Assembly: GCA_013239625.1 (NCBI GenBank)
Contig: MU054323.1
Span: forward strand, 8,979,220 to 9,043,219
Reading direction: 5' to 3'
Length of the DNA: 64,000 nt
Source: Lama guanicoe
Taxonomy: Eukaryota
A model generated the notes under the pieces. The model was given only the letters and a program-made list of their open reading frames with translations. It ran no database searches and was not told the DNA's origin. Numbering within the stretch: the first letter of the stretch is position 1; each line of letters starts with the position of its first letter. Positions 1 to 11,900 of the stretch are shown here, one piece after another. The position numbers were made by a program, and so were the translations under genes.

Positions 1-899
1 TTCAAAAGAATTGGTGGGATCTAGTAAAATATGCCCTGAGACTCAGCAATTTCATGCCTGAGTCTATACAGAGAAACTCCTCCTGTCCAGGTGTGCCAGT
101 AGAGATCTTCAAGAATGATACTGCAGTCCAATTTCCAGTACACACTGGAAACATCCTACACCAGAGACTACTGACTGCCTACCAAAATCTGCTTCACCTT
201 GCAGAGTTATAGTATTACAGAAGAAATGGTTGACTGCACTTCCAGCCCTCCACCCCAATCCCCTATAGTGCTGGGGTAACCAACTAACTTCTTTCTGGTG
301 GGATGTGAATAGAAGAGATGTGTATCAATAATATGCCAGAACTTTTAACAGAGTGAGTGTACCTCAATGCTTTATTTCCTCCTCTTCTGGCTTATCATCT
401 AGATGCAGATGATATGGCAGCTCTAGGGCATGGTAGAGCGTAACATGGAAGGTGTTGATTCCGTGAATCACCCCAAGAAGTACTATTTGACAATGAGGAA
501 GATTTATCTATCTTAGACTATTATATGAGCAAAAAATGTCTGTTCTTTGAAACATGATACATTCTTGGGTCTCTGTGAGCCTTATCCCCTACGTTTGTCC
601 ATCATCAGGAGACTGGGTAAGTTGTGATAGTCATCTATCACAGCTATCAAATAAACCAGGTCTTGTATCATGGATACATCTCAAAAATAATGTCCGGGAA
701 AAGCAAGTTATTAAAATATTTATATTTTAATAAAATATAGAAAAATATCATGAAAACATGCACAGGTGTGATACACACCAAATTTAAATAGTGCTTATGG
801 GTTTCAGAGGGACTACAAATGGTAAGTTCTTGTATCTTCAGATAGATAGTGATTTTGTTATAGTTTTCTGTATTTTTTGGTATGTCTGAAATGCTTCAT

Positions 900-1600
900 T
901 TAAAAAACCAGTTCATACAAACAAGAAAAGATACATTGTGCTCATTTCCTTCATCAAAGGGAACACTTTAGGAATTTTACTTCTGCTTCATTTTCCCCTT
1001 TCATTTCCACCCCCACCATCACAGTTGGCTCTCCTCTATATTTTCTCTTCACATCCATGTCTGCCATCCCCGTCCAAACCATCACCACCACCTCTGGTCT
1101 CAACGCCATAGCTTCCTCAGTGGATTCCTTCTTCTGCTTTTCTCTGGCTTGGTACACTCCTCATACAGCTGTGTGAATTTTTTATATTGTAAATCAGACT
1201 TCATTCACCTGCTCAAAGCCTAGTGATTTCTCAGTGCACCAAGAATAAAAGTCATTTCCTTTATCTTATCCTTTAAGGCCCTCTGTGATCCCACCATTAA
1301 CCTTTTAGCCTCTTCTGCCTCACCTCCACCTTTGTTCTCTGGCCATTCCCCAACTACACTTAGCCACACTGACTCTTCCGTTCCTTGATCCTTCCAAGCT
1401 CCTTCCCATCTTAGGGCTTTTGCATTCACTGTTCCCTCTGCCTGGAATGATTCTTCCCCAGTTCTTGCACTGCAGGCTTCATTTTATCATTCAAGTCTTA
1501 AACCTAAATTTCAGCTCGGAGATTTTTTCCATCCAAATGCACTTTCTATAACATCACCCTCTTTCCTTTCCTGCATAGCAAAAAGTAGACTGAGATCCTA
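900..1600 (-). mobile_element. L2 remnant (preceded by L1M and MLT1-like fragments at 1-900)
   Basis: AGGGCTTTTGCATTCACTGTTCCCTCTGCCTGGAATG and related L2 motifs. Confidence 0.6.
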
Positions 1601-3259
1601 GTTTGCCAACTTACTGGTGGCTTGCAGATACGGATTTCCAAGGACCTTTGTCAGACGACTCACCCTTTAGTCTTCAACCCTCAGAATGATACTCAAAGCA
1701 AGAGTCAGACATAGTATACCAGATCAAATTTATCTGGGATGAGAGGAATTCAAAAGAAACTGAATTAGATCATCAGGATAACACTGGCAGGATGGGGAAT
1801 TAATAGCAAAATAAAATTCTTTATCCTTCCTATTTTCAAACCCCTTATCTTTAGTTATTTTCCTATGGTTGGGTTTTTGTTTGTTTTTTGTGGGTTTTTT
1901 TGCATCCCCAGAGAGTAAGGGCTTCAATGTGTCTTGGATACCACGGTTTTGAAGTTCAGGCTTTCTGTGTTTTTAGCTCCACTGAATTGAACTATTCAGG
2001 TTAATGTACCTGTGTGCCACCTAATGTTCTGCAATCTTATTATGTACACACTAGTATGAAGAAGACATGCAGAGTTGGTAAAGAGAAGAGAGAGAAAGTA
2101 TAAGAGCATCGAAACAATAGTGATCATTGGGTAAATAATAAGCCGAGGTTTTTATTTTCAAATAACAAAAATTTTGCCTAAGAACCAAGAAATAGCACAT
2201 TTAACAGAAATTCAATGCTAGGAGTTAAAGGCACATTGAGGGAGATTCTTTTTCTGAATCCAATTTTAGAGGAATTCACTTTACATATAAAACTGAAAAT
2301 CCAGGAAAATTATTGTGAAGTATTTCATCACTGACAGTCTCTTGAAAACAAAGTTGATTCTGTGTTCCCATTGGGGACAATGTAAAAATACGGAGTTATA
2401 TTTCAGGGTCCACATAAATCCCTGGTCTACCTATCAGTATGTCGTAAGTGCCAAAGACTATAACTACCTTAAAAGTCTATACTAATTTAAAATACTATTC
2501 CTAGTTCTACTTAAGGGGCATAAACATAGGATAGACGTGAATAACAAAGGCATTTCAAGGACAAGTAAGTGCATATGTAGTAAGAAAATGTAGTAAGTGA
2601 CTTAAAACTAAAGTACTCACTCTGCAGAACCTTCAGTCATTTTACTTGTCATCTTGGAATTTAGGATGTTGTTAGGGAAAGAAATGGCAAAAGACTCTTT
2701 AAAACGTTCTCCAAATATTTGAAAACCCTTTTGATACTTTTTCCTGAAACAGGTAGAGTCATTCAGTACCTCATTCAGGCTAGAGGTATTTCTCCACAAA
2801 GATTATTTTCAAAAGTCAGAGCTGACCTTGTGTACATCCCTTCTAATTCTCATCCCTTCTCACAATTTTATGGACTGAGTGTCAGACAGAAGGTCATTCT
2901 GCCTAGGGCTTATTATACTTGCAATTAGAGTATTTTTCAATCTTGAGAGAACTACTGAAGGAGCTTTCCGGTCACTGTCACAGACTTTACAAAGAGAGTA
3001 AAATCACTTTGTCTTTGTATGCTAATGTGGCCAAAAGAAGAGGATACACTGACATTGGTTGTTTATGGAACAAAGAGCACACATATACATCAATCTGAAA
3101 TGGTATGCTTCGGGGGCGATTTTTTCTATAAAGAAGCCTAAATTAGCTAGGTGAAACACCACACAAGTGTTTTCCTCAAGGTGGTTTTCTTGAACTAGTT
3201 TCACCAGCAGATTTTTGGCAAATGGTATTGGGTTATCTGGAGGTATGAGAAACATCCCG

Positions 3260-3265
3260 TTTATT
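3260..3265 (-). terminator. Candidate polyadenylation signal AATAAA for CCDC121
   Basis: TTTATT on + strand, about 225 nt downstream of the CCDC121 stop. Confidence 0.45.
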
Positions 3266-3489
3266 AACAAGAGCTAATTAAAGAAAAACCTAACTTTAAG
3301 GGAAGGCAGTCCCACAAATAATCTAGCAGTACTGCTGGATAAACACACCGAATCCTTCACACTAACACATTATGATGGTTATTTTACCATAGCAACCGGA
3401 GATCCCAAAGCCTTCCTAACCAGGTTTATGTTAGGTAGCACCTAAGAACCCTTGCTCCAGTCGGGACCTAGTCAGAGTTATTTTAGGAA

Positions 3490-5389
3490 TTACTCTGGAA
3501 GCATCCTTGATTTGGTGCCTAGGGCAGGGTTCAGTGTGGTCTTTGGAGTACCCTGTCCATTTGGGCACAGATTACGCTTTTCTTGCAGCCGTTGCCTCCC
3601 GCGGCTTAAGCACTCCAGGTACCACTGCTCCTGCTGCAGCTGCTGCTTTTTCTTTTTTATATGGCTCTGAGTAGCCTCCAACTTCCGGTATTTCTGAATT
3701 AGCTGTGGAATTTCCTTCTGTAACCGCTGGTTCTGTCTGTTGACACTACTGTGGAAGTCCAAAGTGTACTGCTTTGCTGCCTTCTCCAAGGCCTGAATCC
3801 CATTTGTTGGTCTCTTTCCCACTCGCCTGGCGTCTAGCTCACTCAGTTGTGCCGCCAGTGATGCTTTTTCCTGGAGGAACTGGACCAGCATGGCCTCCTT
3901 CTTTGCAGCTGTCTCAGCTGGGGTTTTCTTTATCTCCTCCTGTAATGTCTGAATTTCTTTCTCCTGTTTCTCCTTTATTATGCAAGCGTCCCTCATTCGG
4001 TGCAATTGCTGATTCAGACTGGAGAGGATATCTGCCTTCTGTTGGAACTCTGTTTTAAGCGCTGAATTTTTTCCCGCATATTTGAAGGCTAAATTTTGTC
4101 TCGTTTGTTCAATCTCCCTACTTTGTTGTAAACAGTCGTTCCACAGCTTCTCGGCTCGCTGTTTAGCCTCCTCAGTGTGCTTGGTCATGTATTCCAGAAA
4201 GAACTGGTTTTCCTCCTGAACATGTGCCTTTTCGGTGAGTAACTGCCTGGTTTGCTCCACTAGGGGTTCTAGCCGGACTTGAAATTCTTTGATTTGCTTG
4301 TCCAGCTTCATCATTTCCACCATTGCCTTTCCTTTAAACCTCTTTTCTGCCTTCGTTAGCTTCTCTTGGTTGAGAAAATTATATACGAAACTAACATCCG
4401 GTTGAAGGGGATTGCTGGAGTCTTCCGCTAACCTGAAAGAACAAGAGACATTCCATTAGTTTTTCACGAAAAATTTTTAAAATTTTAAATTTTTAAAACG
4501 CACACTTGAACTGTAATTCATACACGAAGATATTTAGGAGCACCTATGATATTCCTCACACAAGGCACGTAGGATAGAGTTACGGGTAAAGGCGAGGGAG
4601 TGTAGCTTACAATGTGTCTTCAACTGCAACCCTGCGAGGTATCTCAAATGTGAAGAGAAAACAGGTTCAGAGTACTGAAGTGACTTGGACACGACATACA
4701 CAGCTAGCGAGTGGCAGAGCCGGGGTGTGAAACCCAGATCTCACAGCTTACTAATACTACAGCCGCTCCAAAGGGCCACTGGAGCCGCCTGGGCGGTTGC
4801 AGTACATGGCTGGACTCTTTCATCACCTTTCTGGGTGCCGAGGGCGCTTGGGTGGAGGGAAGCGCCCCTTCAGTACCTACTTGATAAGCTCGGCAGCCAA
4901 ACGTTCCTCCCACAAATCACGGTACGATGGCTTTGGGGAGACCGCCCGGGAGCAAGCCCTAGAGCCGAAGGCTGGCGAGAAGCAGAAATAGCTTCCCCAT
5001 GTGACGCGTTTTCCCAGTTTCTCCCGGCTGAGCTCCACAGGCCTCCGCGCGGCCCAGCGACTCCAGGGGTTGTACCCCGCCCAGGTCGAGGGCCGTCCTG
5101 CCGTGAGCTGCTTAACATCCTTGGCTGCTGGCCGAGCCCTAGGGGTCGGTTCTCCGGCTACTCTGTTTCCCGCTCCCTGGAGGCAGACAGGAAAACGCAC
5201 TCTCTTCCCGTTTGTACTCTGGGGGCCCCAGGGTCCCCTCTCGTCCAGCCAGCCCGGAGTCTTTCGCAGCAGGCCCTGACCGACAACGATGAGCGGCTCA
5301 TTGGGAGGCCCCCTGCAGTCACTCAGCCAGTGCCTCCACTTCCTAGACGCTGTTCCCAATTGGGCCCCCATCCGGGTCGTCACGGACAT
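3490..5389 (-). CDS. CCDC121: Coiled-coil domain-containing protein 121; two coding exons (5389-4881, 4432-3490; 483 aa), or a short 277-aa form from ATG 4323
   Basis: ORF 3490-4323 resembles recalled human CCDC121 (ENxFFLEY, KEKQEKEIQTLQEE, QQLQQEQWYLE, GTKSR). Donor AA|GTAGGT (4881/4880) and acceptor TCTTTCAG|G (4433/4432) join ORF 4877-5389 in frame with no stops (509+943=1452 nt). Head-to-head with GPN1 as in other mammals. Confidence 0.88.
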
Positions 5390-5900
5390 AAGCTAGGGCG
5401 CAGGCCTCGCCCCGTGGCCCTGCCCTTTCTGGCCCGTTGTGTTGGGTTCGGTCCGGTTCGGTTTGGTTCGGTTCAGTCGGGTTCTACGCTCGTTCAGAGC
5501 CGCGTACGTCGCGGGAGTCTCTCTAGCCTCCAGCGTCTCTATGGTCGAGTGGGCGGAGCCAGGAGCAAGATGGCCGCGCCCGCAGCTGCCATGGAGCCGC
5601 AAGCTTCTGGGGGTCCCCGGCTCCCAGTGTGTCTGTTGGTGTTGGGAATGGCGGGATCTGGGAAAACTACCTTTGTACAGGTGACCTGCACGGCGCTGGC
5701 GTAGCACAGGCGCGAGTGAAGCTGTCTGTGGGCGGGCGGAAGGCCAGGGAGAATGTGAGGGAGGTCTCTGGGAAGTTGGAGGGTACCGGCGTCTGGCTTT
5801 CACGGATTTGCCAGCAACTCCGGTTTCTTCTCCATGAAGCCCTCTCAGACCCCAACCTGAGTTCATTTAGCCTCTCTTCTGCGCACCTTCAGTGACTATT
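4700..5900. promoter_or_regulatory. CpG island / bidirectional promoter CCDC121-GPN1
   Basis: High GC and CpG density; divergent ATGs at 5389(-) and 5570(+); GC box GGGCGGAG at 5551; YY1-like AAGATGGCCGC over the GPN1 start. Confidence 0.8.
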
Positions 5901-8900
5901 GGTACTACCGTACTTGGTATTGAAATTGTCATTGCCAAGTCCTCAAAGACAGAGGCTTAGAAGTAATTCTGGCGGTTAATAGAGGGCGAGCACACAGGCT
6001 TTTGGTGTGGATTCGTAAAGAATTCTTTCTGGGGCACCTACCATGTTTCAGACACTGGGCAATACAGCGGAAATGAGGTTGACAAGGTTCCCGCTTAAAC
6101 AGAGCTGATATTTTGTGGGGGAGATGGAATCTCCCGGCCCTACTTCCCACGTCAAGGGGTTTTGGAGAGGACATTGTTGGCTCTGTGGTGAAGAAAGGTA
6201 GCTTTTCAACTGAGTAAATGTTGGAGGTGGAGATCAGAGGGGAATATTTAAGGTAGAGGGAAATGGAAGTGCAAAATTCTTCTGGTAAGTTGGATAAAGG
6301 GGTGGAAGTTCTCTCTTATTCCCTATCATGCCTCTTGGTCTCAGTCCATCCCTCTCCCCATACCTCACAGAGGCTCACGGGACATCTGCATAGTCAAGGC
6401 TCTCCACCATATGTGATCAACCTGGACCCAGCTGTGCATGAAGTTCCCTTTCCTGCCAATATTGGTGAGTGAAGTGTACCAGAACTTACGTGAAGTTTCT
6501 CGGAGAATGGAAAGCTGTCAGCCTATTCTACCAGTCTTCAAAGCTTTCATTTTTAATGTTTTCTAAACTTTCTAATTTCATTTCCCTTGAGTTTGCTAGC
6601 ATCCTGAAACAGGCTTCTCTCAGATTCCCATTTTCTCTTTGTTTACTTCTTCTCCTTTCCTAAATTTGTTTTCTTTTCCCTTGCCACTTACCTTTCTCTC
6701 TACCTCTTTTTGACCTAGGGTGTCAGCTACATAGTTACTTATGAAAATGAAGTGACAGAAAGTCAGTCCTTTGGCTTCTAAGCCATAAACCCTTCAGCAG
6801 GCTCTGATACAAAATCCTTATTTGTGTAGTTTCTTCTTTTCAAGTTTAGAGCATTAGGGTCTTGTGCAGTAGTTTGCTTACTGATCTGTAGGAATTTTGC
6901 AAAGTTACTTGGGAAAATTTGTGTCTTTGCCTGTGTGCATTCTTGTGGTGAGTGGTTCCCTCCCAGTTATCATCCCTGTACATTTCATCCCTATGACCCA
7001 TTTATTTTGTAACTGAAAATTTGTACCTCTTAATTTCTAGTATCTACTTCTCTTCCCCCATCTACCCCCACAAACTAATGCGTTTGTAAAAATCTTGTCT
7101 GCATTACCTTTGTTACCAGTAAGCACGGAGTAAGAAATAGAACTTTTTCCTTGATTTAACTCTCTTTTTCTATGCATATGGTCACTGAGAAGGTATTTCA
7201 ATTGTTTAAAACTTTTCTCCTTGTCTCAGACCATCCTTTCTGTAGCTTGTTAGCCCCTAGCCTAACATTCTTCTTGAGTTACCTGGCAGTTATCCTTGAC
7301 CATAAGGAAGAAAACCAGTGTGAAGCTGGAGAAATTACTAGAAGAGAATGACGACGAAAGAAGCCTCAGAAGCTAGTTTCAGTTTCTTGTTGTAAGGGAA
7401 GGTACTTAGAGGGCACCTTTTGTACTCCTAGTCTTCTGATCTTACTTCTTTTGCTGTCACAATTCAATGATGTTAGCTTGAAAACTTAGAAAACAGATTT
7501 GAAAAGTAACTGAGATGCTGAGAGGAACTGATATGCTTCCTCAGAAGAAGCAGAGATGACTTGAGAGGCCTCTTTGCTTAGATATTATAGGTGGAGAATC
7601 TCAAACTATATTGTTTCTTATGTGTTAAATTCCAGTTCATTCCTTTTTCTCCCCAGATATTCGTGACACTGTGAAGTATAAAGAAGTCATGAAACAGTAT
7701 CCTTTTCCACATCTACTTTGTTGTTTGCTCTTCCCTGTGTGGTTATTGCTGTATGTTATGTGGCTTTGAAATCGTATTTCCTTGGGAAATATACTAGCAA
7801 AAGTATCTGATTGCTTTCAAGTAATTTTATAAACGGCAGGGAAGATGAATGTGGGGAGAGGAATTGTGGGTGATTAGAAATCCTGTTTCAGCTTTGTTCT
7901 GTTTTGTGCCATCATCCCACACGGCGGGCTGTGGTAAGTAGCACAGAGAATGAGAGGCTAACTGTTGATGTCCCTCCGTCCCCCGTGGTAGTATTACGTT
8001 GGTTGATATATCTATTGGTTACCATCTCTTTAGACTGGAAAACTCAGAAACTAGTAGAAACAAGTCTTAGTATATTGCTGTGTGAAATGTGTACTTTCCA
8101 TGTAGGTAAGTCTAGGTGGGAAGACTAATTCTGCAGGTGACTTGATGAATGAGGATCAGAGCAAGGAGTGATATATAGATGATCTTCATGGTAGTGTCAT
8201 CAGGCTGTCACTGCCTGATACATCTGTTCATTCCATTTTGGTCCCATTTTGCTTGGCCATCTCTAAACTGATAAATAAGTGAGGAAGACATCAATAATGA
8301 ATGTTTCCCTCAGGTTAAGATTGTGTGGTACATACTAGTCAATGGAACACTAATGTTATCATGCTGTTTTTGTGAGGGATTGTCTAGGTATAAACTTTAT
8401 CATCTAACTTGATCTAAAAGCAGTTCAAATCCTTAACTTAGTGTCTAGGTATGGACTTGGGCCCAATGGTGGCATAGTAACCTCACTCAATCTCTTTGCT
8501 ACCAGATTTGATCAGGTATGTCTGTCTTTACTTTCATATAATTGGCTGTGTCAAAACTTGTGACTCTTAAATGCCTTAGCTTGATCACATTGGGAAAGAA
8601 GGGCAGTCAACCTGGATGTAAATGTAGAACATAAGGAGGCACTTTGGTAGACAGAGAAGTAGGCTATGAGAGAATGATCAACATGGTGAGATGCTTCACA
8701 CTGAATGTTTGTGGCAGCCAATAAAACAAACACCCAAGAGACCTGGGTTCTCTTCTTGATTCGTTATAGGCTTGCAGTGTTACCCTGAGGATGGAGTGGA
8801 GGGATGGGGAGTGGGATGGGCTATTAGGCATGGAATGGAACGATTATGGGGCTTTTTACTTGTGACAAACAGCTGTCATTTGTTAGGTTTCCTTTGTCAC

Positions 8901-11900
8901 ATTCTACTTCCTATAGAGTAATTTGTAGTCAGTAATTTTTTTACCCTGATTTCACTCAATGAAACAGGCTGTTGCCCTAAGAGATATGACTTGACAGTAG
9001 CAAATCAAGTCATCAGTTGCTCTGGTACTTGCCCTGTGCTCTGGGGTGTGATGTGGTGTGGCCGTGTTTCTTTGGTTTTCTGAGCATATTAGCTGGGGTC
9101 CTCAGATGAGAACATGGAGACTCAATTGTTGATGGTTCCTGTGAGGTGAGCCACTTTGGAGAGGGTCCTGAGATTTTTGTGTTGAATTTGAATCCTGTTG
9201 TAATTAGCATCTTTTTCTTTTAGGTAATGAAATTTATTGAGAAGGCCCAGAACATGTCTAAGTAAGTGATTTCAGTCTAATACCTATTTATTACTCTGTA
9301 GTTAACACATTTCTAGGCTTTTTGAAGGATTTGGGGATATTGTCAAGTTCTGAAAAGGTGTAGTTTGAGATGAATCCATAATAAATGAAAAATTGTGGGC
9401 AAGAAAACAATCATTAAGATGTTTTACAGTGTAGAGCTCAATTTAATAGTATCCCACCCCCAATCAATTTCATACATGCCCCTGGCTTCTTTGGAGGTAT
9501 TTTGAGAATTTTGAGTCCACATTCATTTGCCCACCTGTCTTCTCTTGCTGGTTGGCATTTAAGTCTCTGAAATCCCTTTTTAATCCTTGTTTAAATAACT
9601 ATAATTTACATGATCCAAAGAGAATATTTTTTAATTTAGGAAGTATCAAAATATAAAATAACATTAATCCTTATTATCATTAACCACAATTAACTGTTTT
9701 TAAATTTTTAATAAGTTTGCTTTTTTAAAAGACAGGAAGATAATTTATTATCTTTGTAAAAAGGATATAGGCTTATTACTATAAATAATTCATATATAGT
9801 ATTTAAAAGGTGAAACTATCACCCTTGTCACTAGAAATAATTATCATTATCATTATTACTCCCAGTGACTATCGTTCCACTTGTTTCTATTCTTATGTAC
9901 ATAAATAGAAGAATGGATGAATAAGGTGCTTCTACAAAAATAGGATCATACTGGAGTAGTTTTTAAAAATAATAGCTTTATTGCAGTATGAATTCACAGA
10001 ATAAAGTGCATTCTTTTAAAGTATGCAATTTAGTGTATTCACAAAGTTGTGCAGTGATCGTCTCCAAAAGAAACCCCATACTCTTTAGCAGTTGCTCTAT
10101 TTACCCTTTCTCCAGGCTCCTGGTGGCTGCATGCTTCATTTTACATTCCCACAGCAATATATTGAGGATTCCAATTTCTGTACACCCTTGTCAGTACTTG
10201 TTATTGTTTTTTTGTGTTTGACTATAGCCATTTTAGTGGGTATGAAGTGGTAATGCATTATGATTTTGATATATATTTCCAAAACAATTAATGATGTTGA
10301 ACATCTTTTAGTGTACTTTTTGGCAACTGGTATATATTTGGAGAAATGTCCATTCAGATTTTTAACTTTTTAAAAAAAGTTTCAGGTATAGAACATTATA
10401 ATTTGGCATCTGTGTACACTGCAAAGCGATCACCCCCAGAAGTCCGATTACCATCTGTCACCATACAGTTGACCCCCTTCACCCATTTTGCCTGCCCCCA
10501 ACCCCTTTTTCCTCTGGTAACATCAATTTGTTCTCTGTATCTGTGGGCTTGGGTTTTTTTTTTTTCCCCAGATTATTCTACATATGAGTGAAATCATATG
10601 ATAGTTGTCTTTTTCCTTCTGACTTATTTCACTTAGTATAAAAGCCTCATGGTTCATCCATGCTGTCACAGTTGGCAAGATTTCATTCTTTTTTGTGGCT
10701 GAGTAGTATTTCATTATATATATGTATACACACACACATACACACACATCTTCTTAATTCATTCATCCATTGGTGGACATTTAGATTGCTTCCTTATCTT
10801 GGCAATTGTACATAATGCTGCAGTGAACATAGGGGTGCATATATTTTTTCTACTTAGTATTTTTATATTCTTTGGTTAAACACCCAGAAGTGGAATCACT
10901 GGATTGTGTGGAAACTCTCTTCATTTTTTGAGGAATCTCCCTTCTGTTTTTCATAGTTATCGCACCAGTTTTTATTCCAACAGTATATGAGAGTTCCCTT
11001 TTCTCTACATCCTCTCGAGCACTTGTTATTTGTTATCTATTTCATAAGAGCCATTCTAACAGATGTGAGGTGATATTCCATTGTGGTTTTGATTTGCATT
11101 TCCCTAATAATTAGTGATGTTGAACATCTTTTCATGTGCCTATTGGCCATCTGTATGTCTTCTGTGGAGAAATGTCTATGTATTCAGATCCTCTGCTCAT
11201 TCTTGAATCAGGTTGTTTGTTAGTGTGTTATATGTGTTCTTTATGTATTTTGGATACTAATCCCTAACTGGAGATGTTATGTGCAAATATTTTCTGCTGT
11301 TCAGTAGGCTGCATTTTAGTTTTGATGATGGTTTCCTTTGCTGTGCAGGAGCCCTCTCATTTGATGTAGTCCCATTTGTTTATTTTTGCTTTTGATTTCC
11401 TTGCCTTTGGAGTCAGATCCACAGAAACACTAAAACAGATGTCAGTGAGGTTACCACCTAAGTTCTCTTTGAGTAATTTAATGTTTTTAGGTGTTACATT
11501 CAAGTCTTTCGTCCATTTTGAGTTCATTTTTGTGTATGGAGTAAGATAGTGATTTAGTTTCATTCTCTTGCGTGTGGCTGTGTATTTTTCCCTATACCAT
11601 TTCTTAAAGAGACTTTCCTTTCTCCATTGTATGTTCTTGGCTCCTTTGTTGTCAATTTATTGTCCATATATGTGTAGATCTTTGCTCTTTTTAAAAACAG
11701 CTTTATTGAGATATAGTTCATATACCATACAATTTACCCATGTAAGTTGTACAATTCTGTATCTTTTAGTTTAATTACAGAATTGTGCAACCATCACCAC
11801 AATCAATTTTAGAACATTTCATCCCCCTTCTTTAGTTGTCACTTCCCTATTCTTCTTGTCCTCTCTCCCCTCCATTTTCTTCCACCCCCACACCTAAGTA

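Noticed and set aside
4685..5895. Many overlapping ORFs in the CpG island (339, 157, 92, 88 aa etc.)
   Set aside because: GC-rich stop-poor sequence; only GPN1 exon 1 and CCDC121 exon 1 have splice or homology support
10346..11774. Short ORFs in GPN1 intron 5
   Set aside because: Degenerate L1 ORF2/3'UTR remnants
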